A model generated the notes under the pieces. That model was not told the DNA's origin. It saw nothing but the letters and a program-made list of their open reading frames with translations, and did no database searches. This document shows, in pieces, positions 27,640-40,622 of a stretch of DNA of 64,000 bases; the stretch's first letter is position 1; each line of letters opens with the position of its first letter. This DNA is from Octopus vulgaris (Eukaryota): NCBI GenBank assembly GCA_951406725.2, contig OX597825.1:30752001-30816000 (forward strand), written 5' to 3'. Made by a program: the position numbers and the translations under genes.

Positions 27640-28325
27640 CATAATCATAAGCTTAGCCGAGGTAACAATCAAAAGAAGTAACACTCTTCCAAAGAGACTC
27701 TTGTTCACCTCTGTTATTTGTTATGACCTTGATTCCACTTTCTGTAGTCCTATCCAAAATCAACGTGCACTATGATCTGAGAAGGAATGGACCTCGTCTC
27801 AACTACCTTCATTGGTGGTGGTGTGGTTATGGTGGTGGTGTGGTGGATAGAAGTGGTGGAAGTGGTGACCATAAGTGCTACTGTTCTGGATCAGAACAGG
27901 TGTGGGAATAATATCAGTCATACAGTAGCCCCATTTTTTTTTTGTCAGTATCTTGGCACTAGCATCAAATGCAATTTATTGTCACACCATAGATTTATTG
28001 ACCACTGTTATCGTGCTGAGTAACAGTCCATATCAGATATTACATTTTAGAGATTGCTGCAGCTTAATAAACAATGAAAAGTGAGGACCTATCAAATTTA
28101 ATTTGGAAGAAGATTCCTAGTACAACATGGTGAAATACATCTTGGGTGTGAATACTTGGAGAAGAAGGCCTTTGTTAAGCTTTTCCCAATTGCTAAGTAG
28201 CAAAGAAATAAACCAATGAACACAATTGTTCAAGCAGTGACACAAACACGTAGATACACACACACACAAACACACACATTACTGTATCACTGTATTGACT
28301 TGACTATCAGATGTTACACACTACT

Positions 28326-28543
28326 GCAGCGAGCCGGTAGAAACGTTAGCACACCGGGCGAAATGCTTAGCGGTGTTTCATCTGTCTTTGTATTCTGAGT
28401 TCCAATTCCGCCGAGGTCGACTTTGCTTTTCATCCTTTCGGGGTCGATATATTAAGTACCAGTTGCATACTGGGGTCGATATAATTGACTGCCCCCCACC
28501 CATCCACGCCAGAAATTTCGGGGCTTGTGCCTAGAGTAGAAAA
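28326..28543 (+). mobile_element. SINE family A variant
   Basis: gcagcgagccggtagaaacgttagcacaccgggcgaaatg...catcctttcggggtcgat. Confidence 0.85.
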
Positions 28544-28812
28544 TATGTTACACACTGCTGGTCAAAATGTACTACTTTGCATTGTTATGGCTTTTGAATG
28601 ATGTCAGCTTACTGGATGGGGATGGGGGTGGGTGCAGGCCAACGTTGTCCCTCAACAGAACACCAGATCATCACAGAGTTACTCATTTACACCTGAGTGG
28701 ACAGGTGCAATGCAAAATGAAAAGTTTTGTCAAGAACCACCCAGCCTGGAAATTGAAACCATCATCACAAGATTAGGAGTGCAACATCCTAACAACTAGA
28801 ACACATACCTTC

Positions 28813-28852
<40 letters not shown>

Positions 28853-29144
28853 CTGTGTTTATGTCCCTGTAACTTAGTGGCTCAACAAAAGAAGACTGAT
28901 AGAATAAGTACTAGGCTACCAAAGAATAAGTCCTGGGGTTGAGTTATTCACCCAAAGGCAGTGCTCCAGCATGTCTACAGTCAAATGACTGAAACAAATA
29001 ATATATATATATATATATATACATACATATATAATAATAAATATTAGGGAATAAATCCAAACTTACAGGGAAAAATCAGATTTAGGATTGAATCCAATTT
29101 TATAGTAAAATATTATATTATATTAAATTTAATATAATATATAC

Positions 29145-29203
<59 letters not shown>

Positions 29204-29206
<3 letters not shown>

Positions 29207-29326
29207 TATTATTATTTCTAAATCTCTCTAAAGGAGAGACACAGCAGCAGTATTGGGTATTAGATATCAATACCCAGTACTGGTGCCATATCTCTCCTTT
29301 AGAGAGATTTAGAAATAATAATATTT
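29204..29326. repeat. Fold-back inverted repeat with 58-bp arms and a 7-nt loop
   Basis: 29204-29239 is the perfect reverse complement of 29291-29326 (36 bp); the inner 22 bp have 5 mismatches. Confidence 0.95.
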
Positions 29327-29613
29327 CTATTTTTGAAAATCAGTGAATGTGTTCCATTGAATGTATATAAATAAACCTTTGAACTGACAGTCAACAGCGA
29401 TGCCTGCTAGGTTTAGCTACCTCACATTGATAAGGGACAAATACCCTAAAACCAGTCTGAGAATGCTGAACCAGCAAGGGGAAGCTGATGATCTCCCCTG
29501 TTCAAAGGTGTTATGGATGCAGATTTGTGTATCACATAGCTAGCAAGAGGCGATGGCCTCTCGGAGCATTCGTCCTATTTCTCTGGACTGCCATATTAGC
29601 TTGGCAATAAATA

Positions 29614-29692
<79 letters not shown>

Positions 29693-29909
29693 GTATATAT
29701 ATATGTATATATATATGCAATGATTTAAGATGTGGTGATGAGTGACAATTCTGTAAATAATATTTCATAATAGTGAGCATATTAGCCCTTGATGGAAAAA
29801 TCTCCACTTTTTACTGTTAAGGGCTTACATACCCCAATATTAGACTATTTTTTTAGTCAATACATAGTGAGAGCTTATAAGCTTTAAGCTTATGTAATAT
29901 TATTATATA

Positions 29910-30424
29910 CAGGGTGCAGTGAATAAACTGTCATCTAAATTACACAAAAATGCAAATAACACTGACATCTCATTTTAAAGAGATATATTTAAGAAAATTA
30001 TATAAAAATATCTTGAAATACTAAAGAGTAAATTTATCCATTAATCCATGTTGAGTGTGAGGCTGTGTAGGAAAATGAATGGAGGTATAATGGTGCTATC
30101 ATTAGTATTCACTCCAAACACCATGATGTTGACTGGATATTTAATTTTTATCACTCTTGGTACATGTCCTCAGATGTCACTGACCTCAGATTGACACCCA
30201 AACACTCTGAAATGTTCATATTGGAACTTCCAGCATCAATGCCAAGCAGTACAGCATGTTGTTTCTAAATTTCTGGCAGAGTGAATTGCATCATGGTACT
30301 GTTTTTTCACAGATGGTGCCCAACTAACCCTACTATACTGTGTAGTCAACAAAATCGAAAACAAACAATGCACAAGCACAAAATTAAAAATATAAAATGG
30401 CAGCAATTTACCCATAGCACCCTG
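29910..30424 (-). mobile_element. Internally deleted Tc1/mariner-superfamily (maT-like) element
   Basis: TIRs cagggtgcagtgaataaactg / cagggtgctatgggtaaattg flanked by TA. Remnant KYPVNIMVFGV...IPPFIF resembles the 40623 element. Confidence 0.75.
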
Positions 30425-31285
30425 TATATGTATGCTTGTGTGTATGCATGTATGTATGTATATATGTACACACACGCTTTCACACATTTATATATATATA
30501 TATATATAAAATACCGCATTACTATCCTTGAATAAACCACTTCATTTCGCTCAAATAATTTATTCTAATTAAATTCTGTTAATTCTAATATAAAAATAAA
30601 AATGAAATTATTAATCAAGTGAATAGATATTCATTTAAATACGGAATAATTTTCTATTTCTGATTCGATTTCAGTCACCCAACATGTTAAAGTTATCATT
30701 TAGATATTTGTAAATAATTTACATAAAGTTGAGTGTTAATGCATTTAAATAATTAAATCATGTCAATTGTTCTTATATCTTCATTGACTTTTCAAATTTT
30801 AGATCTGTTTGTTTGCATACCATGAGAAGAAGAAATATCTAAATGTTTATTTTTGCTGAATTGATTTCTACAGATTTAGATCATAACTACAAATCTTATA
30901 ATTATATTCTGTTAATTAAGAGTTGATTATTTTTAACAAAAACTAACTAAATAAGTAAATAAAAGAAAAGTATAAGTGTCATAAAAGCACCGGATGGTAG
31001 GGAGTTGGTAGAATCATTAGCATGCTAGCTTAGTGCAATTTCATCCATCTTTACATCCTGAGTTCAAACTCAGCTAAGGTTGAATTTGACTTTCATCCTT
31101 TCAGCATCTATAACATAAGTAGCACTCAAGCACTGGTGTCAATATAATCAACTAGCCCACTTCCTCTAAATTTCGAACCTTGTGCCTATAGTAGGAGGTA
31201 AAAAGAGATATTAAAGCATTGGTTTGCAGTGTCTGTGATATGTTTAAGAAATATTTTGCCGTATTGAATCTCATCATTTAGTTAT

Positions 31286-31503
31286 CTGGCAGAATTGTTA
31301 GCACACCAGGTGAAATGCTTAGCAGTATGTCGTCTGCCGCTACATTCTGAGTTCAAATTCCACTGAGGTCGACTTTGCCTTTCATCCTTTCGGGGTTGAT
31401 TAAATAAGTACCAGTTACACCCTGGGATCGATGTAATCGACTTAATCCCTTTGTCCTTGTTTGTTTCCTCTATGTTTAGCCCCTTGTGAGCAATAAAGAA
31501 ATA
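31286..31503 (+). mobile_element. SINE family A
   Basis: Sequence match to the other copies. Confidence 0.85.
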
Positions 31504-31689
31504 AATTATTGGAGTGAGAAATTGCTTCAGAATCAACTTTGCCTTTCATCTTTCCAGTGTTGAACAAATTAAACACCAGGGGCAGTGTAATCGACTATTC
31601 ACTTCTTTCGAAATTTCTGATGTTTTGCCTTTGTTAAAAATCACAGAATCATTTCAGTATGAAAAACAATGCCTTGTCTTGCAATCTGA

Positions 31690-32205
31690 AGCACTTCAAA
31701 CCTCTGGTCCTCATGTCATAGAACATTGGCAAACTTCCTCCTTTCTATTTCTCTCTTGGCTAAGAGTACCTGTATTCTAGTCTCGGTCCTAACTACCTGA
31801 TATAGTTCTCTGCTACCACCATTCTTCCAGTCCTTCCAAGCCTGTTTCTTTGCTCTAATGGCCTTGTCTACGACATCATTTCACTACCACTTCACCCTAG
31901 GTCTGGTTGGGACTTTGCATTACCCACAGATTTGGTCTATGACAATCAGCAAGCTGTCCCACAGAAACTCCAAATTTCCCCCTATGTTACAAGTCTCTAG
32001 TTTCTCCTTATTCTTGTTAAATTTCTCGAGTAGGGCATCCCTAAATTTCTGACTATTTAGAGAATCCTTAAGCTTCCAAATCCATTTTTTCCAGACAGGT
32101 CTGCTTCTTGGAATTCTTCTAGCCTGAAATCTAAAGTCGCTAATAACTAATCTATGCTGGGAGGTACATTCTTCAGCAGGGAAAGTCTTTGCATTTAGGA
32201 GCAAA
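31690..32205 (-). mobile_element. RTE-like LINE fragment (end of APE endonuclease plus linker)
   Basis: Reads NAKTFPAEECTSQHRLVISDF...IWKLKD...VDKAIRAKKQAWKDWK; SQHRLV corresponds to the APE SDH motif. Confidence 0.75.
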
Positions 32206-32310
32206 CATGTATCACACTTTTTGGTGTATGTGCATAATATGTAACACATATATATGTTGTACATGTAACATACATATATAATATAAGAAATATATATATA
32301 TATCATAAAA

Positions 32311-32541
32311 GGCAGCGAGCTGGCAGAAACCTTAGCACGCTGGGCGAAATGCGTAGCTGTATTTCGTCTGTCGTCACGTTCCGAGTTCAAATTCCGCCGA
32401 GGTCGACTTTGCCTTTCATCCTTTCGGGGTCGATAAATTAAGTACCAGTTACACACTGGGGTCGATATAATCGACTTAATCCGTTTGTCTGTCCTTGTTT
32501 GTCCCGTCTGTGTTTAGCCCCTTGTGGGTAGTAAAGAAATA
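32311..32541 (+). mobile_element. SINE family A, young full-length copy
   Basis: CpG-rich; runs from ggcagcgagctggcagaa to gtaaagaaata; inserted in a TA array. Confidence 0.9.
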
Positions 32542-33456
32542 TATATATATATCATATGATACATATATGTATGTATACTTATATACATACATATACATGT
32601 GTCTCTGCATACAAACAGAACAACAATGGCTGAAACTAACTTAAGGGGAACATTGCTCGTTGTGTTATTGTAGTTTTCTAGTCTCTTATCTAATCCAATG
32701 TGCTTGATTCCTTATGCTATATATTTTCATTCCATATGTTTTTTGTTTTTTTTTTGGTTTTTCTCCTAGAGTATCTGCATCTTCTGTTGTTCTTGCAGCA
32801 TCTTCCGATGTTATATGTCTTTTATTTCTTCATCGATGTCATGGTATAAGATTTAGTATTTACTTCAAGTATATTTTTCAAACCATTTTATGCAACGGTC
32901 TTTTTTTTTTTTCTTTTATCTCTCAAATCATTTTAGGCGAGGGGGATGTTTTACTTTTTATACATTTTTTTTTTCTTTTACTTCCAGAATCATTTCCCCC
33001 ATTTTTCTTGATCTTCTCTACTTTTTTATATCTATTTATAGATTTGTTTATTTATTTTTATCATTACACTCTTTCCTTCCTGTTTCACCGAGCATGGATA
33101 AGTCTTTTTATCTTTTCCTCAATTTTGTATACATTTTCTCTCTACTATGTACGAGGTCAAGACTATGCTTTCATTCTGATATGCTTTCATTCTACAGATA
33201 TATAGTGTGATTTTCATCCTTGTCTCAGTTTTTACCAAATTCATTTTTTTTTTTCAGTAGTTGTTTATTTATCTATTTATTTACCATTTTTTTCATTTTT
33301 TTATTGTGATGACTTTGCCTTTCTGCATATAGCCAGTTCTGTTTTGTGCTTGCATTGTCAGAGGGCTCGTTCTATGTATAAATGCGTGATGTGTTTGTGT
33401 GTATGTATATATGTGTATGATGTGTATGTATATATGTGTGTGTATATATATATGTA

Positions 33457-33526
<70 letters not shown>

Positions 33527-33753
33527 GTATAAATAACATATAAATATATGCACATATACATATATGTGCATATATGTACATACCTACATATATATGTATA
33601 TATACATGCATATATGGGTACAGGACATAAAAAAAAACGTTGTATATATACATATATATGTAGGTATGTACATATATGTATGTACATATGCATATATTTA
33701 TTTATTATTTATATTATTATATGATTGAATGCCACGCATCCTTTTCCAAGTAA

Positions 33754-33809
<56 letters not shown>

Positions 33810-33824
33810 TATATACATATGTAT

Positions 33825-33859
<35 letters not shown>

Positions 33860-34483
33860 ATGTTTTTTCAACTGTATATATATTTGCTGGGAGGGTAATT
33901 TCCGTTGTGTTATTTTCTGTTACATTGCAATGTTTCTGCTGTTTTATATATGCTGAGATCTTCCGTAATGCTTTCATCAGTTTCATTATTCATTTGTGTG
34001 CAGTTGATGTCATTATTGTTATATAACCCCAGGTCAGCTCTGATCATTCAGACCTAAACCTAACATCAGAGGCTTTTTAGCCATGACCGACCATTCTAGC
34101 TTTCTCCTATGTGCAGAGAATACCAGCCAGACCACATTATCTAATATAATCCCTTCTCAGATGGTGAGATATAATATTTGATATTATGAGAGAACTTTGT
34201 CTTCTATTTCTAGTGGCTTGAACTAGTGGATAGCAGCTCCCTCATTGATTGATGTTGCTAATTTATTTTAGTTTAGTTCTGGTCATATATAATTGTTTTC
34301 TTTTTTTCTATCTCCTTCATGTCCAAAGAGTATTTTTTTATAAGGAAATACATATAGAATACAGTATGATTGAGTAGTACATGTATTAAAATTTCTAGGT
34401 ATTGTCCTTTGCTCTGGTGTATCCTTATAGTTTTCATTTTGATAAATGCTAGTAGCAAAATGTAGGCCTTTGCACTGTCTTGT

Positions 34484-34532
<49 letters not shown>

Positions 34533-34721
34533 TGTGTGCATAGGGAGGGAGAGAGTTAATCTTTTGAAAATACACTACTTTTGATTTTTATGTTCCGTTG
34601 TGTTTCCAGATTAGATTTTGTTAAAGCTATGATATGGCATACCTTATAAATCCTGAACTGGCTGCTATTATTTTCATTGCTGCTTGCTAAGCGATGAATT
34701 GGATGAGTTGTTAAAGCATCA

Positions 34722-35140
34722 CTTACTCTTTTACTCTTTTACTTGTTTCAGTCATTTGACTGCGGCCATGCTGGAGCACTGCCTTTAGTCAAGCAAGTCA
34801 ACCCCAGGACTTATTCTTTGTAAACCTAGTACTTATTCTATCAGTCTCTTTTTGCTGAAATGTTAAGTTACAGGGATGTAAACACACCAGCATCCGTTGT
34901 CAAATGATGTTGGGTGAAGGGAACAAACACTGACACGCAAACATATATACACACACATATATATATACATGTACATGATGGGCTTCTTTCAGTTTTTCCG
35001 TCTACCAAATCCACTCACAAGGCTTTGGTCGGCCCAAGGCTATAATAGAAGACACTTGCCCAAGGTGCCACACAGTGGGACTGAACCCAGAACTATGTGG
35101 CTGGTAAGCAAGCTACTTGCCACACAGCCACTCCTGCGCC
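34722..35140 (-). mobile_element. SINE family B, full length
   Basis: From the tail ttactcttttactctttt to the head cacacagccactcctgcgcc. Confidence 0.9.
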
Positions 35141-36109
35141 TGAATACTTTATAGTATTTGTTATACCACTCTGTAATCTGAGTTCAAATCCAATTAAAAT
35201 TTTATTTTTCCAGGATCAATAAATAAAGTACCAGTTCACAATGATGGATTGGAAGAATTGTTAATGCATCAGACAAAATGTCTTGCAATATCTGTTCAGG
35301 TTCCATGCATTCTGAGTTCAAATCACACATTGATTAAAAAATAAAATGAAATAAAATAAAACAACATAAATGGTCACAATCCTATTGTGAGCTGTGGCCA
35401 ACAGACGCTATCAGTAATTGAAAATCCTATGGCAACAATTTGACCAGAAGATCGGTAGATTGTGTGTGATTGCATTGCTGTGCGTGGTAGATGTGTTTTA
35501 TAGTGTAGTTGGAAATTGTGATGGTTCATTTTTCCCTGTTTATGTGTTGCTTTCTTGTTTTATAATAACAAAATGTTATTATACACAATATTTTTATGCA
35601 TATTCAAAGCACACACACACATATGTATGTATATAGTTACATAAGGAAAAATTATTATGCAAAAGTTTTACTGTATGATAAAAAAAAATTGAATGGGAAC
35701 ATGCAATAGGACATAAGAAATACATTTGGCAAGTAAGATGACAACTCTGAACATGTTTCAGCCTTATTAGATCTCATTAGGAAAGCGTAGATTTGTTCAT
35801 ATGTACCTGATTCTACAATAACTTAGTGAAAATAGATTTTTACATTAATACCTAACTCAAAGATGGATTATAATGGCTGTTGTAAGATTTGAACTTAAAA
35901 CCGTATGATTAAAAGTCTAACACTAATGTTGCTATGGAAATATATTTTAACTGTTTAATTACTACTAATTGCAAGTTTTTTGTTGACTTAATTATAATGG
36001 AGGAAAATATTGAATCTATGAAAGAAGTTTTTGTGTAAGTATATGAGTGTTTGCATAGATGTGTGTACATGCATGTATATGTGAGTGTGTGAGAGTTTGT
36101 TTGTTTGTT

Positions 36110-36166
<57 letters not shown>

Positions 36167-36654
36167 TTCTGTTTATTCATCTGTTTGTTCATTGAAGAAT
36201 GATGGCAAGTCATAATAAACCTTAAATTAGATCTAAAATGGATGGACAAAAACTCTATTTCAATAACAAAGATTATTTCAAAACATTTCTTGGTTGAATT
36301 AATCATTTAGACAAGCTTTTGTGTTCCCCTAAATCTTCTGTTGGTATTAATAATAGATGTTGCCATCACCCTGGTCTTTCCCACAAAGTGCTTATCAATA
36401 ATTTCTACTGGTTACTACTTTGTAAACAAATCTGTCATGTAACGATGGCCATTATCTCAACAGATGCTTTAATAGCTCTTCTAAAACCCAATGTTAGTTG
36501 ATATAAATTGTAATGAAGAACACAGAGCCATTTATTTGTTTATGTGTGGATTTAACTGTTGCTAGGTAATGTCAGCTGAACCACAGATGAAATTAACAGT
36601 AGTAAAGTTTTTTCCCCATTCTGATCCTTGTGTAACTTTTCTGTTTTCCTGGCT

Positions 36655-37018
36655 CTACCCTGTAACTTGTAACAGGTTGTAAATTAGCAGAGTCATCTCT
36701 GTCTTGCAAGTTACTCGATGACAACTGTCAGTGCAGGTGCCACTTAAAAAGCATCCAGTCCGCAGTGTAAAGTGGTTGGCATTTGGAAGGGTGTCCAGCT
36801 GTAAAAACCTTGCTGAAACTAACTTCACCTGTGCTTGTGCCACATAAAAAGCACTAAGTTCACTCTGCTGAGTGGTTGGTGTTAGAAAGGGCATCCAGCA
36901 GTAAAAATACTGCCAAAACAGTCACAGAAGTCTAGTGCAGGCTTCTGCCTGGCCAGTTTCTGTCAAACCATTCCACCCATGCCAGCATGGAAGATGGACG
37001 TTAAACGATGATGATGAT
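36655..37018 (+). mobile_element. SINE family F-related element with duplicated core
   Basis: Two agtggttgg...agggcatccagc-like modules and the tail ggacgttaaacgatgatgatga. Confidence 0.75.
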
Positions 37019-37363
37019 TTATGCCCTCTGAGTTCAAATCTTACCTTTAATCATACAGGCTTCAATGAGATAAAGATCATAATGAAGTACTGGCAGCAAT
37101 GTAATCAAGTATTTCCCTTCCACCAAACTCGGGCCCTTGTGCCTATATTAAAAACAGTTATTTGTAACAAATTGTAAACTTGCAGTGGCATTAGAGCATT
37201 GGATAGACTGATTTGTTGTATTAGTGTCACCTCCCTGCACTCTGAGTTCAATCCTTCAGAAGTCAACTTTAACTGCCATCCTTCAGGGTTCCTTAACTGA
37301 AGTACCATCTGCAGCAATGGTTTGGTAGAATTGTTATAGCATCAGACAAGATAATTTGTGAAA

Positions 37364-37591
37364 GGCGGCGAGCTGGCAGAAACGTTAGCACACCGGGCGA
37401 AGTGCTTAGCGGTATTTCGTCTGCCACTACGTTCTGAGTTCAAATTCCGCCGAGGTAGACGTTGCCTTTCATCCTTTCGGAGTCGATTAAATAAGTACCA
37501 GTTACGCACTGGTGTCGATATAATCGACTTAATCCATTTGTCTGTCCTTGTTTGTCCCCTGTGTTTAGCCCCTTGTGGGCAGTAAAGAAAT
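37364..37591 (+). mobile_element. SINE family A, full length
   Basis: ggcggcgagctggcagaaacg...gtaaagaaata; apparent TSD aagataatttgtga on both sides. Confidence 0.9.
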
Positions 37592-37978
37592 AAGATAATT
37601 TGTGATATTTATTCCAGCTTTGAATGTTCTATGTTCAAATTCTATCTCATATCATCAGAAAAAAACAGTGACATTTCTGTCAAGAGTTAAGACTGACAAC
37701 GAATATCAGTAATGAAAAAGTCTGAAGGAAATGTAGTTTCTTTCCTTTAATTGGAAGATCTGCTACCACCACATTTCTAAAAATATACAAGATCCAAAAA
37801 CATTGACCAGAAATATTGATTTCTCACAAAAGAAATTTAGTTACAATTTTTTTAGGAGATCAGTATAGTGTATTAAACTAGCCCTTACACATATTCGGTA
37901 CTTATTTCCTAAACCCTTGAAAGACTAAATTTCTGAACATATCAAGAAGTGGAATATAGACAGGGGACTATAACATAA

Positions 37979-39006
37979 TTACCTCCACCAAGGAAGGAGG
38001 TTATGGTTTCATTGGTGTTGGTTTGTCCATCTGTCCATCTGTGTGCAAAATAACTCAGAAAGTTGTAAACAGTATTTGATGAAACTTGTAGAAAAAGTTG
38101 GTAATGACACACGGAAGAGATGATGAAATTTTGGTAGTGATCTGGGAACTTTTATGGATTCTTGAATGATTTTTTCATTTGTTATATTTATTTTACATGA
38201 AGCATTACATTATGTTCTTTGATTATCTCCCTTGAAAATACATCGTTTCCACGTAACCTATGGTGGCGTTGCTGTTTATAGTCTGTGTTGATGATGACGA
38301 TGGTTGAGATAAGTATGGGAGTAGGATAAAACAGTGGTTATAATAGCGACAGGAGTCGTGTGATATGTGATGCTGAGGTGATGGTGGTTATAGTGGTGTT
38401 GATGATAGTGTTAGTTGTGTGATGGTGGTATTGCAGTGATTATACTGGTTCTGGTGGTGAAGGTAACCGTCATGATGACATTGATGGCAGTGTATGTGGT
38501 CGAAGTGGAAGCAATGACAATGCTGCTGATGATGTTGGTGGTTGTGAACTGCTTCAGATGATTCCTGTTTTTAAAGGGTTCTTTTTCTTAAAATCATATG
38601 GCTGTCTTATTTTTTTTTACCCCCACCAAGGAGGTTATGTTTTTTATTTCTTTACTGCCCACAAGGGGCTACACACAGAAGAGACAAACAAGGACAAGCA
38701 AATGGATTAAGTCGATTATATCGACCCCAGTGCGTAACTGGTACTTATTTAATCGACCCCGAAAGGATGAAAGGCAAAGTCGACCTAGGCGGAATTTGAA
38801 CCGTGAATGTAACGACAGATGAAATACCACTAAGCACTTCGCTGGGTGTGGTAATATTTCTGCCAGCTTGCCGCCTTATTATGTTATGTTAAGTTATGTT
38901 TTTGCCAGCGTTGGTTTGGGAAATTGGGCGATTTCCAGCATGCATGTATATTGGTGGAAATGAGGTGCTTGGTGGAGGTCTGCACTCTCCAAGTGCTTTT
39001 CTACTT
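37979..39006 (+). mobile_element. Helentron-associated non-autonomous element (HINE / DINE-1-like)
   Basis: 5' subterminal IR acctccaccaag (37981-37992) with palindromic ggaggt, a (gtccatct) repeat, and 3' IR cttggtggaggt (38968-38979) followed by the stem-loop gcact-ctcca-agtgc and a T run. A second 5' end occurs at ~38618. Confidence 0.75.
38645..38877 (-). mobile_element. SINE family A inserted in the HINE
   Basis: Full reverse-complement copy with gttatgttttt on both flanks. Confidence 0.85.
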
Positions 39007-39372
39007 ACACATGTGATGTGAACATAGGAGAGTTGAGCATAAATGAGATAACAAGGTAGCTGATAATTCATGATATTCGTTAGTGAGCAATACATGCAAT
39101 GGCATTTGTGAGGACATATCAATAATAGATCCTCATTTATTATGTACTGTGAGTTGTGGATATGACCCAGTAGTAGGGAACTCAACAGCAGATGCAGAGG
39201 CCTTGTTTCAAATCTGGGACATTCCCTTTCAATTCTCAGAATTTTTACTCTATGGATATCTGTTTCTGTGTAAGTACACCATGATTCAACGTTATTTAAG
39301 ATGCAAATAAGAGGATTGGTAACACTGTCTGAAAAATCTGTCCAACACATGCCAGCCTGGAAAGGTTGACAT

Positions 39373-39703
39373 CATGATGATGATAGTGGTGGTGGTGGTG
39401 GTGGTAGAGTTGAAGATGATGATGATGATGATGACGACGACGATGATAATGATAATGATGATGACGACGACAATGATAATGATGATGATGATGACGACGA
39501 CGATGATAATGATGACGACGACGACGATGATGATGATGATGACGACGATGATGATGATGATGATGATGACGACGACAATGATAATGATGATGATGATGAT
39601 GACGACGATGACGATAATGATGATGATGATGATGATGATGATGACGACGACGATAATGATGTTGATGATGACAGTGATCATGATCATTTTGTTGATGCTG
39701 ATG
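39373..39703. repeat. (GGT)n/(GAT/GAC)n microsatellite grown from a family F SINE tail
   Basis: Follows ccaacacatgccagcctggaaaggttgacatc. Confidence 0.9.
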
Positions 39704-40622
39704 TAAGTTTGTGGTTGTGGGGTGGGGGGTGACTACTTTTGTAGTCCAAACAAATCTAGGGTAGACAAACTGTAGAACATTGGGTCTTAAAATAAATAGT
39801 ATGTTATGAAATTGAGATCTATTGTAAGCTTGTCCGTTTTATGTGAGCACAGAATATCTGACATTAAAATAGCAGTAGTGAGAGAGAGAAAGATGGTATG
39901 GCACCAGTGGATTCCAGAGTTATAGGAGGAGAAAAGATTAAAGAAAAAAAATGTATTATTCTCCAGAAATATTTTACATCTCATTGAAACAACAAATTCT
40001 ACATAACAAAAATAAAACTGAAAATAATAATGGAATTAAACATTTGGTCAATTCAAATGATGATGATGATGATGATGAGGAGGAGGAGGAGGAGGAGGAC
40101 AATGGTGATAATAATAATGATGATTATGATGGTGATGATAATAATACAAATAATAATAATCCTAAATTATTGATTTTAAAAATGTTGGCTTGCTTTGATA
40201 TTATTGACATTGCTGTAAATCTAAATGCTAGGATTAAAGTTGCCAAGAAAACATAAGAATATGTTCTTTAAAAATGACAATTTATATTGTCTTCAATAAC
40301 GATAATTCATTTTTTTTTTGTTTTTGTTGTTTTTATTTTCTTTTGTTTTACGACTATTTTTCATTGCTAGCATTAGTGGGACATGTTTGCAAATTTAAAT
40401 TTGTGCATTATTACTATTGCAGAAATAATTTTATCATAACTTTAATAGGTGCAACATAGCTAAGTGGTTAAGAAGCTTGCTTCCAACCCATGTAATTTTG
40501 GGTTCAGTCTCACGGCAAAGATATTTGAGCAAGTGTTTTCTACTATAGCTCTAGGGCAACCAACACTATGTGAGTGGATTTCGCAAATAGAAACTGCAAG
40601 AAGCCCTTCATGTATATATATA

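Noticed and set aside
29478-29500. CTGATGA inside a small hairpin; also CTGANGA at 25708, 27177 and 59120
   Set aside because: No downstream GAAA with a paired stem II and cleavage triplet.
31920-32456. 178-aa ORF as a gene
   Set aside because: Chimeric read-through of an antisense SINE, a microsatellite and a LINE endonuclease remnant.
32714-33210. 163-aa hydrophobic ORF that looks like a membrane protein
   Set aside because: Results from T-rich strand bias (Phe/Leu/Ile codons); no domain signal.
39292-39706. Poly-Ile, poly-Ser and poly-Met ORFs
   Set aside because: Trinucleotide array grown from a SINE tail.
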